Origin: Thermoanaerobaculia bacterium
GTDB taxonomy: Bacteria; Acidobacteriota; Thermoanaerobaculia; UBA5066
Direction of reading: 5' to 3'
NCBI GenBank assembly: GCA_963719225.1
Contig: CAVRAY010000001.1
Location: forward strand, 3,552,001-3,616,000
DNA length: 64,000 bases
Shown here in pieces: positions 9,385 through 20,612 of the stretch. Position 1 is the first letter of the stretch. Each line of letters starts with the position of its first letter. The notes under the pieces were generated by a model. That model saw nothing but the letters and a program-made list of their open reading frames with translations. It was not told the origin of the DNA and searched no databases. The position numbers and the translations under genes were made by a program.

Positions 9385-9426
9385 TCGACGGCGATTCTAC
9401 CCTCGGTCGCGCTGAGCCAGGATGTA

Positions 9427-9502
<76 letters not shown>

Positions 9503-9577
9503 TCTTTTCCGAAGGGAACGGCAGTGTAGAGAGGGGCGCGACCGGCGTCAAACGCGGCCGAAACGAGAGGCCGGGGT

Positions 9578-10816
9578 TCAGCGCGTGGAGATCTCGACGT
9601 CGATCTCCGCCGAAGGTGCGGCGGCATGCTCCTGGAACGCGTCCGCGCGCTGGTCCTTGGCCTTCTCGTCGCGCAGGACGCCGTCGGCGACGGATACGAC
9701 CGGAGCGAAGACGAGGCCGCGCACGAACTCGAGGAGCGCGGGCTGCACGGGACGCGCGTCGAGCGCGCGCACCGACGTCACCCGGCCTTCGGCGTCGAGC
9801 GTGATGCGGAACGCGGACACCTGCGTCGAGGCGACCGAGGGTCGGCCCTCGGGGGCGCGGCGCAGCATCCAGCGCCGCGCGCCCTCGCCGCGCACGACGA
9901 CGGACCAGGCGCGGGCGGGCTCGGCCTTACCTCCGACCGCACCCACGGCTTTGGCAGCAGGAGCCGGGGCGTTCGCAACCTGGCTCGCGTCGGCATCGAC
10001 AGCCGGCGCGGCCGCCGCCGCGGCCTGTCGCCGCGGCTGAGCGGCTCCGGCATCGCTTTCGGTCTTCGAGAGCTTCTGCCGCAGCTTGTCCTGAGTGTCC
10101 TGCTTGTATCCCCTCTCCTCGGAAGCTGCCTCGTTCGCAGCGATGACGGAAGCGGCCGGCTGCTCGTTCAGCTTCTTCTTCGACTCGACCTTCTCCGCGT
10201 CCGCCGGCTGGTCCTCTCGCCTCGTTTGCAGCTTCCCTTCCAGCCTGTTATTCGGCGCGCTCGCGACGACGGAATCCGGCGTGCGCTCGGCAGGCGGTGC
10301 GGGCGCAGCCGGCGCGGCGAGGCTCCGGCTTCGCGCGGACTCCTTCAGCGCTTCTTTCGGAGCCTCCGGCTCAGGACGCTTCGCGGGGCTTTGTCCCTCT
10401 CGGCCTTCCGTCAGGAAGACGGAGACCGGCCCTTCCACGCGGCGCTGGGGCGCCGGCCTGAGGACGGCGATCCCGACGGCCACGATCCCGAGAAGCGCCA
10501 TCGCCCCGATGGCCATCCCGGGCGGCGGATAGAAACCGAATCGATGGAAGACGGAGCCGCCGCGCCCGCCCTTTTCGGCCACGTTCGAGTTCACGCGCGT
10601 CGCCAGAGCGAAAGGCGGCGCGGGAACGGGCAGATCGCGCGTCTCGGTGACGATGCGCTGGAGCTCCTCCTTGCGGCGCGCGGCGGCCGGGTCGTGCGCA
10701 AGGAGGGTCTCGAGATCGTGCTCCTCTTCCGGCGAGAGGTCGCCGTCCAGGGATCGCGACAGCAGGAGGTCGAGGTCCTCGTCGGAAAGCCGCGGAACGA
10801 ACGGACGGGCGCTCAC
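9578..10816 (-). CDS. Putative anti-sigma factor (N-terminal ASD, TM helix, low-complexity linker, TonB-C-like end)
   Basis: GTG overlaps the sigma factor stop; LLSRSLDGDLSPEEEHDLETLLAHDP; TM segment AMALLGIVAVGIAVL. Confidence 0.75.
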   Translation of the reverse strand: MSARPFVPRLSDEDLDLLLSRSLDGDLSPEEEHDLETLLAHDPAAARRKEELQRIVTETRDLPVPAPPFALATRVNSNVAEKGGRGGSVFHRFGFYPPPGMAIGAMALLGIVAVGIAVLRPAPQRRVEGPVSVFLTEGREGQSPAKRPEPEAPKEALKESARSRSLAAPAAPAPPAERTPDSVVASAPNNRLEGKLQTRREDQPADAEKVESKKKLNEQPAASVIAANEAASEERGYKQDTQDKLRQKLSKTESDAGAAQPRRQAAAAAAPAVDADASQVANAPAPAAKAVGAVGGKAEPARAWSVVVRGEGARRWMLRRAPEGRPSVASTQVSAFRITLDAEGRVTSVRALDARPVQPALLEFVRGLVFAPVVSVADGVLRDEKAKDQRADAFQEHAAAPSAEIDVEISTR

Positions 10817-11418
10817 GAGAGCTTCTCCCTCAGGATCGCGCGGCCGCGCGCGAGGCGGCTGCGCACGGTTCCGATCGGAACGGAAAGCACCTCGGCGACC
10901 TCGTCGTACGAGAGCCCCTCGAGGTCGCGCAGGAGGACGGCCATGCGGAACTCCTCCGGGAGCTCGCGGATCGCGGCGCGCAGGCGCGTGCGGCGCTCCT
11001 TGAGAACGGCGTTTTCCTCGGGCGTCGAGGAGGGGTCGGCGGCGTCGTCGAGGCTCGCGAAAGGATCGTCCTCCCGCGCGCGGCCCGAGATGAAGACTGC
11101 CCTGAGCCGGCCGAGCGTGCCGTGGCGGGCGCGGGCGCGGTTGAGCGCGATCGCATAGAGCCACGTCTTCAGGCTCGAGTCGCCGCGAAAGTTCCCGAGT
11201 CCGTGATAGGCGCGCAGGAACGTCTCCTGGACGACGTCCTCGGCTTCCGTCGGGCCCACGACCCGCGCGGCGAGCGAGAACACCATCGTGGAGTAATGGC
11301 GGACGATCTGCTCGAACCCGAGGATGTCGCCGGCAAGGAATCGGCTCAGGGCCCGCTCGTCGCCGGGCCAGTCGCGTTCTCCCGTGTACGGATACGCGGA
11401 GGCCGTCACGGTCGCCAT
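10813..11418 (-). CDS. ECF sigma-70 family factor (SigW/RpoE-like)
   Basis: AEDVVQETFLRAY, SSLKTWLYAIALN and GLSYDEVAEVLSVPIGTVRSRLARGR. Start may be 11418 or 11475. Confidence 0.92.
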   Translation of the reverse strand: MATVTASAYPYTGERDWPGDERALSRFLAGDILGFEQIVRHYSTMVFSLAARVVGPTEAEDVVQETFLRAYHGLGNFRGDSSLKTWLYAIALNRARARHGTLGRLRAVFISGRAREDDPFASLDDAADPSSTPEENAVLKERRTRLRAAIRELPEEFRMAVLLRDLEGLSYDEVAEVLSVPIGTVRSRLARGRAILREKLS

Positions 11419-11512
11419 TCTCCCATGCGGATCTTCTCCCCGAGGCACGGCGAAGGCGAGAATGCGGGCGGCCATCGCACGTTGGACCCCGCGGCCGGCC
11501 GGAAGTTCCCGG

Positions 11513-11959
11513 CTACGGACGGCCGCGAAGCGCGGCAGCGGTCACCCGGTGCCGGTACGCGAACATCCGCTCGACGTCGGGCCTCACGAGGGCCTTTTCG
11601 GCGAGCCCTCCTCCGATGGCGGCCAGGGGCACCCGGTACGCCACGCGGTCGAGGAGGCGGCCCTCGAAGAACAGATGCTCGTGCCGCCACGAGGCGAACG
11701 GCCCCTTCTCCTGCACGTCCACGAACCGCGTCTCGGGCTCCCACGCCTCGATCACGGAGATCCACGTGAGCCAGACGCCGAACTGCCTGATCTCGAGGAC
11801 GACCCGCGCGCCGGCGAGCATCTCCTTCGGCCGCGTCACGACCCGGATCTTCTTCTCGGGCGGCGTCAGGCGCTCCAGCACCGAGGGATCGCGGTGAAAC
11901 TCCCAGAGGGCGCTGCGGGTCACTCCGGGAAGATCGAGCGGAAACTCGAGGATCGGCAT
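11513..11959 (-). CDS. SRPBCC/START-like family protein
   Basis: LWEFH..LERLTPP, FVDVQEKGPFASWRHEHLF and MFAYRH. Confidence 0.85.
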   Translation of the reverse strand: MPILEFPLDLPGVTRSALWEFHRDPSVLERLTPPEKKIRVVTRPKEMLAGARVVLEIRQFGVWLTWISVIEAWEPETRFVDVQEKGPFASWRHEHLFFEGRLLDRVAYRVPLAAIGGGLAEKALVRPDVERMFAYRHRVTAAALRGRP

Positions 11960-12201
11960 GCCGTGCAGGCTACCTCCGGGCTGTCCCGGGGATTTGACTT
12001 GCGCCTCGCGAGCGTGGTGTCATATCGGCGTTCGCTACTCCCTCTCTCCCTTTCTCGACTTGAAGAAATCGGCGGAGCGGGCCGTGAACCCATAAGGTCC
12101 CCGTCGTCGCGTGTTTCGTTCCCACCATCTCCCGAACCCGCTTTCCGCCTTGTAAGCGGTCAGCCCTACAGATCGCAAATGCTGCGAAGGATTCTCATTC
12201 C

Positions 12202-12519
12202 ATGAAGCTTTACGTCGGAAACCTTTCCTACTCCGTCAACGACAACACGCTCCGCTCCATCTTCGAGGCGTACGGCGCCGTCGAGTCGGCCCGCGTCATC
12301 TCGGACCGCGACACCGGCCAGTCCAAAGGCTTCGGCTTCGTCGAGATGTCCGACGCCGACGGCCAGAAGGCCATGGGCGCCCTGAACGGCCAGGAGCTCG
12401 AAGGCCGCGCCCTCCGGGTGAACGAAGCGCGTCCCCAGGAGCCCCGCACGGGTGGCGGCGGCGGCGGCCGGGGCGGATACGGCGGCGGGGGCGGCGGCGG
12501 ATACGGCCGCGGCCGCTAA
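12202..12519 (+). CDS. RRM RNA-binding protein with Gly-rich tail
   Basis: RNP2 LYVGNL, RNP1 KGFGFVEM, LRVNEARP and RGGYGGG tail. Confidence 0.95.
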   Translation: MKLYVGNLSYSVNDNTLRSIFEAYGAVESARVISDRDTGQSKGFGFVEMSDADGQKAMGALNGQELEGRALRVNEARPQEPRTGGGGGGRGGYGGGGGGGYGRGR

Positions 12520-12562
12520 CCGAGCCGAACCGTTCTCGCGCTCCACTCCGCCTTCATTTTGC

Positions 12563-12591
12563 TTGACTCTCCGAGTCACGAGCTTTAGCGT
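12563..12591 (+). promoter_or_regulatory. Sigma-70 promoter for the met leader and operon
   Basis: TTGACT (12563-68), 17 nt spacer, TAGCGT (12586-91); predicted TSS about 3 nt before the ATG at 12601. Confidence 0.7.
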
Positions 12592-12600
12592 CCGTCGAAC

Positions 12601-12735
12601 ATGCTGAACCGCCTCTCGCCCGCTTTCCCTGGCGCGACCGACGTCGCGGCGGTTCGAATTTGCATGTGCATGTGCTCGATGTCCGGCGCTCCTTCGCGGG
12701 AGACGGACGGAGGCTTCGCGAGGTCCGGCACGTAA
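12601..12735 (+). CDS. Putative Cys/Met-rich leader peptide (44 aa), attenuator uORF
   Basis: MLNRLSPAFPGATDVAAVRICMCMCSMSGAPSRETDGGFARSGT*; lies between the promoter and a terminator upstream of metY. Confidence 0.75.
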   Translation: MLNRLSPAFPGATDVAAVRICMCMCSMSGAPSRETDGGFARSGT

Positions 12736-15230
<2,495 letters not shown>

Positions 15231-15834
15231 TGAGAAGGCCCGTTCCCGACATGCCGGTCCTGCCGGCGCTCGCGAGATCGCCGCTCTCCACGGCCGGCCC
15301 CAGATTGAACGGTGCGGGCTCGCCGATGGTGAGGATCTCGTCGTCGTCGAGCTTCAGGACGGGCCGCGCCCGCGGCTCCGGCTTTTCACCGCCGACCGGA
15401 CGCGGGTCCGAGTAGCCGAAGACGTCGATCGCCTCCTTGAGGCCGATGAGCTTCGGGGGTGTCGCGAGCGACGCGCCCGTGATGATGAACGGCACGGCGC
15501 TCTTCGCGATCGTCTTGCCGCCGCTCACGATTTCGAGGAAGGCGCTGCCCGAAATGCCCGGCGGCACGACGAAGACCGACACGCCCTCCGCCTCCTTGAT
15601 GACGCCCACGGTTCTTCCGCCGAAGCGGAGCTGTGCTCCAGCGGGGACGCCCGACTTCACGATGATGCGTCCGCCCACGGGTCCCACTTTCGGCTCGAAC
15701 TCGAGCCGCCCTTCGGCGCCGACGACGGCGGCGGCGAAGAGGACCGCGACGAGGGACAGGAGCACGCGCCTCACCCAACGACTCTACGCTCCGGCGTCGT
15801 GAGCTGCAAACGCGTCGTGAGAGGATAGGGGCGC

Positions 15835-16515
15835 GTGGCGGCCTTTCCGCTGGCCCTCGTCTTGGGCTTTCTCGCCGGATTCCTCGGGGCCATTCCGCCG
15901 GGACCTCTCGGCGTCACGTGCCTGAGGAAGAGCCTCCACGGCGAGCACCGCGACGCCTATCGCGTGGCGCTCGGAGGGGCGAGTATCGATGCGTTCATCT
16001 GCGCTCTCATCGGGCTCGGCCTCGGCTGGATCCTCGAGAAGGTCGTGACGAACCCCTGGGTGCGCGGCACGCTCGCCCTGTTTCTCGTGGGCTACGGCGC
16101 GAAGCTGCTTTTCATCGACGCGCGCCGCGACGCCGAGCGCCTGGAGCCGGTACGTTCGCGTCTCGACTTCATCCCGCCGCCGGTCTCCGAGCCGCCGCGG
16201 CCGGGGCGGCTGCGGCTGCCGGTCCTCACCGGTCTCCTCCAGGGCGCCGCGAACCCCGCGCTCTTCGTGAACTGGACTCTCTTCATCTCCTTCCTCGTCG
16301 GCCACCGGCTCCTCGTTCCGACCGCGGCCGGCGCCGGCGGCTTCGCCCTCGGCGTCGGCCTCGGCGTCTTCACGTGGTTCGCGACCCTCATCCAGCTCGT
16401 GGACCGCTGGCGGAGTCGCGCGGGAAAATGGGTCTCCCGCTCGACGCTCGCGGCAGGCGCGCTGCTCTTCCTTTTCGGTGTCTATTTCACGTGGCGGACC
16501 TTCACCACGTCATGA
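15835..16515 (+). CDS. LysE family translocator
   Basis: GFLGAIPPGPLGV, ANPALFVNW and multiple TM helices. Confidence 0.8.
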   Translation: MAAFPLALVLGFLAGFLGAIPPGPLGVTCLRKSLHGEHRDAYRVALGGASIDAFICALIGLGLGWILEKVVTNPWVRGTLALFLVGYGAKLLFIDARRDAERLEPVRSRLDFIPPPVSEPPRPGRLRLPVLTGLLQGAANPALFVNWTLFISFLVGHRLLVPTAAGAGGFALGVGLGVFTWFATLIQLVDRWRSRAGKWVSRSTLAAGALLFLFGVYFTWRTFTTS

Positions 16516-16522
16516 GGCGACG

Positions 16523-17977
16523 ATGATCGGCGAGCGCGTCCGGGGACTCCGGCTTTCCACACGCCTCGGCGTCACGTGGGCGGGGATCCTCGCTCTGGCC
16601 GCGGCCGCGCAGACGCTCGTCTACCTCCAGACGCGCAACGAGACCGTGGAGGAGGCGGACGCCTCGTACCAGATGATCGCGAAGGCGATCGAGGTCGGTC
16701 AGACCCAGATCGGGCCCGAAGGCTGGAAGGACCCGAAGGTGCTCGCCGACTACACGGCGGCGCTCGGCGTGCGCGGGCTCAGGGACATCAAGGTCGTGGA
16801 CGAGAGCGGCAAGCCCGTCTTCCCTGAGATGCCGCCGGCGGTGACCGCGAAGAAGAGACCCAGGAAGCCCGAGATGCCCAGGGACGTCGTCATCTCCGGC
16901 TTCATCGGCTCGGGTCCCACGAACCGCAGCCTCGTCGTGCCGATCGTCATCGACGGCAAGCTGCGCGGACACGTCGAGATCGCCTACAACCTCGAGAACA
17001 TCCGGGCGCAGCTCGCCGACAACTTCCGGCGCAGGCTCTTCGCCCTCCTGGGCGTGTTCGCGCTCGGCCTCGCCGTGATGCTCGTCCTCACGCGCAACGC
17101 GACGCGGCCTCTCGACGAGCTCGCCGACGGCGCCGCGCGGGTCGCCGAGGGGCGGCTGGACGTGACGGTGCCCGTCGACCGCGACGACGAGGTGGGCCGC
17201 CTCGCCTCCACCTTCAACTACATGACCGAGCGGCTGCGCGAGAGACAGGAGCTCGAGGTGCGGCTCGCGGGCGCCGAAAAGCGCGCCGAGATCGGACATC
17301 TCGCGTCCGGCCTCGCGCACGAGATCAAGAACCCTCTGAACGCGCTCTCGCTCGGCCTCGACGTCCTGCGCCGCCGGCACCGGCCGGTCGACGAGGCGGC
17401 CGCCGCGGAATACGCCGCGCGCATCGAGGCGCTCCGGGAGGAGATCAACCGGCTCGCGGCGCTCATCAACAACTTCCTCGCGTACGGCCGGCCGCTCGCG
17501 CTGTCTCTCGCGCCGGCGGACTTCAGCGGCATCGTCCATCACACCGTCGCGGATCTCGCGGAGACGGCCGCCCAGGCTCACGTCACGATCGACGAGCAGG
17601 TCCCCGCTTCCGGCCCGTCGCTTTCGGGCGACGCGAACCTCCTGAAGTCCGCGGTCTGGAACCTCGTGCAGAACGGCATCCAGTCCATGGAGCGCAACGG
17701 CGGGAGCCTCACGGTGAGCCTCTCCACGGAGAACCCGCCCGAGGAGCCCGGCCCGCGCCTCGTTCTCTCGTGCCAGGACGAAGGACCGGGCATTCCGGAG
17801 GCCGACCTCCCCCGTCTCTTCGATCCCTACTTCTCCAAGAAGGAAGGGGGGGTGGGACTCGGCCTGGCCATGGTCAAGCGCATCATCGAGGAGCACGGCG
17901 GGAAGGTGACCGCGAAGAACAGGGCCGACGGCCGCACGGGAGCGATCTTCCGCATCTCGCTGCCCGTGAGCGCCTGA
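16523..17977 (+). CDS. HAMP-domain sensor histidine kinase
   Basis: Two TM segments, HAMP (DEVGRLASTFN), H-box AHEIKNPL, N-box NLVQNG and G-boxes DEGPGI/GVGLGL. Confidence 0.93.
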   Translation: MIGERVRGLRLSTRLGVTWAGILALAAAAQTLVYLQTRNETVEEADASYQMIAKAIEVGQTQIGPEGWKDPKVLADYTAALGVRGLRDIKVVDESGKPVFPEMPPAVTAKKRPRKPEMPRDVVISGFIGSGPTNRSLVVPIVIDGKLRGHVEIAYNLENIRAQLADNFRRRLFALLGVFALGLAVMLVLTRNATRPLDELADGAARVAEGRLDVTVPVDRDDEVGRLASTFNYMTERLRERQELEVRLAGAEKRAEIGHLASGLAHEIKNPLNALSLGLDVLRRRHRPVDEAAAAEYAARIEALREEINRLAALINNFLAYGRPLALSLAPADFSGIVHHTVADLAETAAQAHVTIDEQVPASGPSLSGDANLLKSAVWNLVQNGIQSMERNGGSLTVSLSTENPPEEPGPRLVLSCQDEGPGIPEADLPRLFDPYFSKKEGGVGLGLAMVKRIIEEHGGKVTAKNRADGRTGAIFRISLPVSA

Positions 17978-17994
17978 GAGGTAATCTCCAGCCG

Positions 17995-19386
17995 ATGAGC
18001 GCGAAGGAGCCGAAGGCCTCTCTCCTCGTCGTCGACGACGAGAAGCACCAGAGGGAGTCGCTCGCGATGATCCTCGAGGACGAGGGCTATCGCGTGACGG
18101 CCGCGGCCGACGGCCGCGAAGCCCTCGCGAAAGCCGCGGAGATCCGGCCCGAGGTCGTCCTCACGGATCTCAAGATGCCGGGCCTCACCGGCATGGACGT
18201 CGTGAAGAGCCTGAGCTCCCTCTCGGACGGGCCGCTCGCGCCGAAGGTGATTCTCGTGACGGCGCACGGCTCGGTCGAGCGCGCGCGCGAGGCCCACCAC
18301 CTCGGCGCCTTCGACTACATGTCGAAGCCCGTCGTCGCCGACGAGCTCCTCTTCCGCGTGGAGCGCGCCGTGGAGGCGTTCCGTCTCGCGGAGAAGGCGA
18401 TCCGCCTCGAGCGTCGCCTGAAGCACGACGGGCTCGAGGCCATCGTCGGCGAGAGCTCGGCGATGCGCGACGTCTTCCGGCTCGTCGAGAAGATCGCGCC
18501 CACGAACTCCACGGTCCTCATCCGCGGCGAGTCGGGCACGGGCAAGGAGCTCGTCGCGCGCGCGATTCACGCGCGCTCGCACCGCTCCGCGAAGCCCTTC
18601 TTCGCCCTGAATTGCGCGGCCATCCCCGAGAACCTCCTCGAGAGCGAGCTCTTCGGCCACGAGAGGGGCTCTTTCACGGGAGCCGACGCGCGGAAGATCG
18701 GGCTCTTCGAGACGGCGAGCGGCTCGACGCTCTTCCTCGACGAGATCGGCGATCTCTCCCTGCCCCTCCAGGGAAAGATCCTGCGCGTGCTGCAGGAAAA
18801 GGAGGTCAAGCGCGTGGGCGGAACGGACACGATAAGCGTGGACGTGCGCGTCGTGGCGGCCACGAACCGCGACCTCGAGGGCATGATGAAGACCGGGCAG
18901 TTCCGCGAGGACCTCTTCTACCGGCTCAACGTGATCCCCGTCGACCTCCCGCCTCTTCGCGAGCGCGCGTCGGACATCAAGGCGCTCGTGGTGCGCTTCC
19001 TCGAGAAGGCGAACGCCTCGCACGGCACGGCGGTGAACAGCGTCTCCCCCGAAGCCATGGACCTCCTCGTCCGCCATCCGTGGCCGGGAAACGTGCGCCA
19101 GCTCGAGAGCCTCGTCGAGCGTGCCGTTCTCCTGTGCGAAGGTAACGTCATCCGCCCGCAGGACCTCCCCGCCGACGTGCGGCTGCGCACGGCGCCCTCC
19201 GCGCGCCCCTACGGCTTCGACATCCCCGTCGACGGCATCGACATCGAGGAATTCGAGCGCCAGCTCATCGTCCAGGCGATGGAGAAATCCGGCTGGGTCA
19301 TCGCGAAAGCGTCGCGCCTCCTCGGCCTGACGTATCGAACGCTCCAGTACCGCCTCGAGAAGTTCGGACTCAAGAAACCCGCCTGA
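17995..19386 (+). CDS. Sigma-54-dependent response regulator (NtrC family)
   Basis: Receiver domain (VVDDE, DLKMPG), GESGTGKE, GSFTGA, WPGNVRQL and Fis-type HTH. Confidence 0.95.
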   Translation: MSAKEPKASLLVVDDEKHQRESLAMILEDEGYRVTAAADGREALAKAAEIRPEVVLTDLKMPGLTGMDVVKSLSSLSDGPLAPKVILVTAHGSVERAREAHHLGAFDYMSKPVVADELLFRVERAVEAFRLAEKAIRLERRLKHDGLEAIVGESSAMRDVFRLVEKIAPTNSTVLIRGESGTGKELVARAIHARSHRSAKPFFALNCAAIPENLLESELFGHERGSFTGADARKIGLFETASGSTLFLDEIGDLSLPLQGKILRVLQEKEVKRVGGTDTISVDVRVVAATNRDLEGMMKTGQFREDLFYRLNVIPVDLPPLRERASDIKALVVRFLEKANASHGTAVNSVSPEAMDLLVRHPWPGNVRQLESLVERAVLLCEGNVIRPQDLPADVRLRTAPSARPYGFDIPVDGIDIEEFERQLIVQAMEKSGWVIAKASRLLGLTYRTLQYRLEKFGLKKPA

Positions 19387-19545
19387 CCCCAGGGCCGCAG
19401 GATTCGTCCATTTGGACGTACTCCCTCGACCGAAATGGTGCGACGCTTTTTTCAGGTCTTCGGAAAATCGGCGGAACGAGGCCTTCGGGCACCTAAACGA
19501 CAGGTTTTTCGTCCCGAACCCGCCGGGTGGCGCCGGACACGTGAC

Positions 19546-19561
19546 AGGCACGTCTCGTGCA
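19546..19561 (+). promoter_or_regulatory. Sigma-54 (-24/-12) promoter
   Basis: AGGCACGTCTCGTGCA with GG-N10-GC spacing, just downstream of the NtrC-family gene and 14 nt before the next ATG. Confidence 0.7.
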
Positions 19562-19574
19562 CGCAAAGCAGCCC

Positions 19575-20006
19575 ATGTCGGTCCTCGTCCTCATTCTGGC
19601 ACTCCTGGTCGCACCCGAGGACGCTCCGAAATCCCCGGCCGCCACCTCCGCGAGCCTGTCGAAGACGGCGGCGGCGAGCACCTCGAAGACGATCGTCGGT
19701 GAGATCGTGTGGGTCGACCTCGCGTCGCGTCTCGTCCTCGTGCGCGAGTCGGTGAAGTCCACGTCGGTCAAAGGCAAGCCTTCCGTCCGCGAGACCGTCG
19801 CCATCACGATCGCGTCCGACGTTCCCGTCGTGAAGGGAAAGAAGGCCTCCACGCTCGCCGAGCTCAAACCTAACGATCACGTCGTCGCGCGTTACCTGCC
19901 CACCGCCGAGGGGGCGAGGGCAGTTTCGGTGCGCGTGGCGGACGCCACGCCCCGCACGCCGGACTCTCCCGCGGGCGCCACGCCCGACGGCGGCGAGACG
20001 AACTGA
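19575..20006 (+). CDS. Exported hypothetical protein (DUF5666-like)
   Basis: Hydrophobic N-terminus; GEIVWVD..ITIASD..LAELKPNDHVVARY pattern. Confidence 0.65.
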   Translation: MSVLVLILALLVAPEDAPKSPAATSASLSKTAAASTSKTIVGEIVWVDLASRLVLVRESVKSTSVKGKPSVRETVAITIASDVPVVKGKKASTLAELKPNDHVVARYLPTAEGARAVSVRVADATPRTPDSPAGATPDGGETN

Positions 20007-20030
20007 TCCTTCCCCGCTAGACTCCCCGGC

Positions 20031-20543
20031 ATGAAATCAACCGCCGCGCCTAACGTCCGTTTTCGGACGACGGAAGGGGCAGCCCTTTCCACGGCCGACG
20101 TCGTCGCGAGAGGACACGGCCTGCCCGTCCTTCTCGCGTTCTTCAAGACGAGCTGCCCCATCTGCCAGCTCACCTGGCCTTATCTCGAACGCCTTCATCG
20201 GACCTACGGAGGAAAGACCGTGCACGTGGCGGGCGTCTCGCAGAACGACGCGAAGTCGAGCCGCGCGTACTACGCCCAGCACGGCGGCGCGACGTTCGAC
20301 CTCCTGCTCGACCCGGAGCCGACGTTCGCCGCGTCGAACGCGTTCGGCATCGAATCGGTTCCGCACCTCGTGCTCCTGTCGCCCGACGGCCGGGTCGAGG
20401 ACGTCTTCGAAGGCTGGTCGAAGGCGCGCATGGAGGCTCTCGGCGCGCGGTTCGCTTCCAAGGAAGTCCCGCTCGTCCCGGTGGTCCCGCCGGGCGATCC
20501 GATCCGGGACTTCTCGCCCGGGTGAATGGGCCGCAACCGGTGA
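20031..20543 (+). CDS. TlpA/peroxiredoxin-like redoxin, probable C-terminal selenocysteine (UGA 20523-25)
   Basis: FFKTSCPIC active site and cis-Pro SVP; ends FSPG-TGA-MGRNR-TGA with a SECIS-like hairpin. Without readthrough it ends at 20525. Confidence 0.8.
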
Positions 20544-20544
20544 C

Positions 20545-20561
20545 CCGTGCGGTCGCCACGG
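20545..20561 (+). promoter_or_regulatory. Putative bacterial SECIS element
   Basis: CCGTGC-GGTC-GC(C)ACGG stem-loop with a GGUC apical loop about 26 nt after the UGA, resembling the E. coli fdhF SECIS loop. Confidence 0.6.
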
Positions 20562-20612
20562 AAAGAGACACGGACGAAGGGCCCGCGACGTTAACCTTCT
20601 CCGAGGAGCAAC

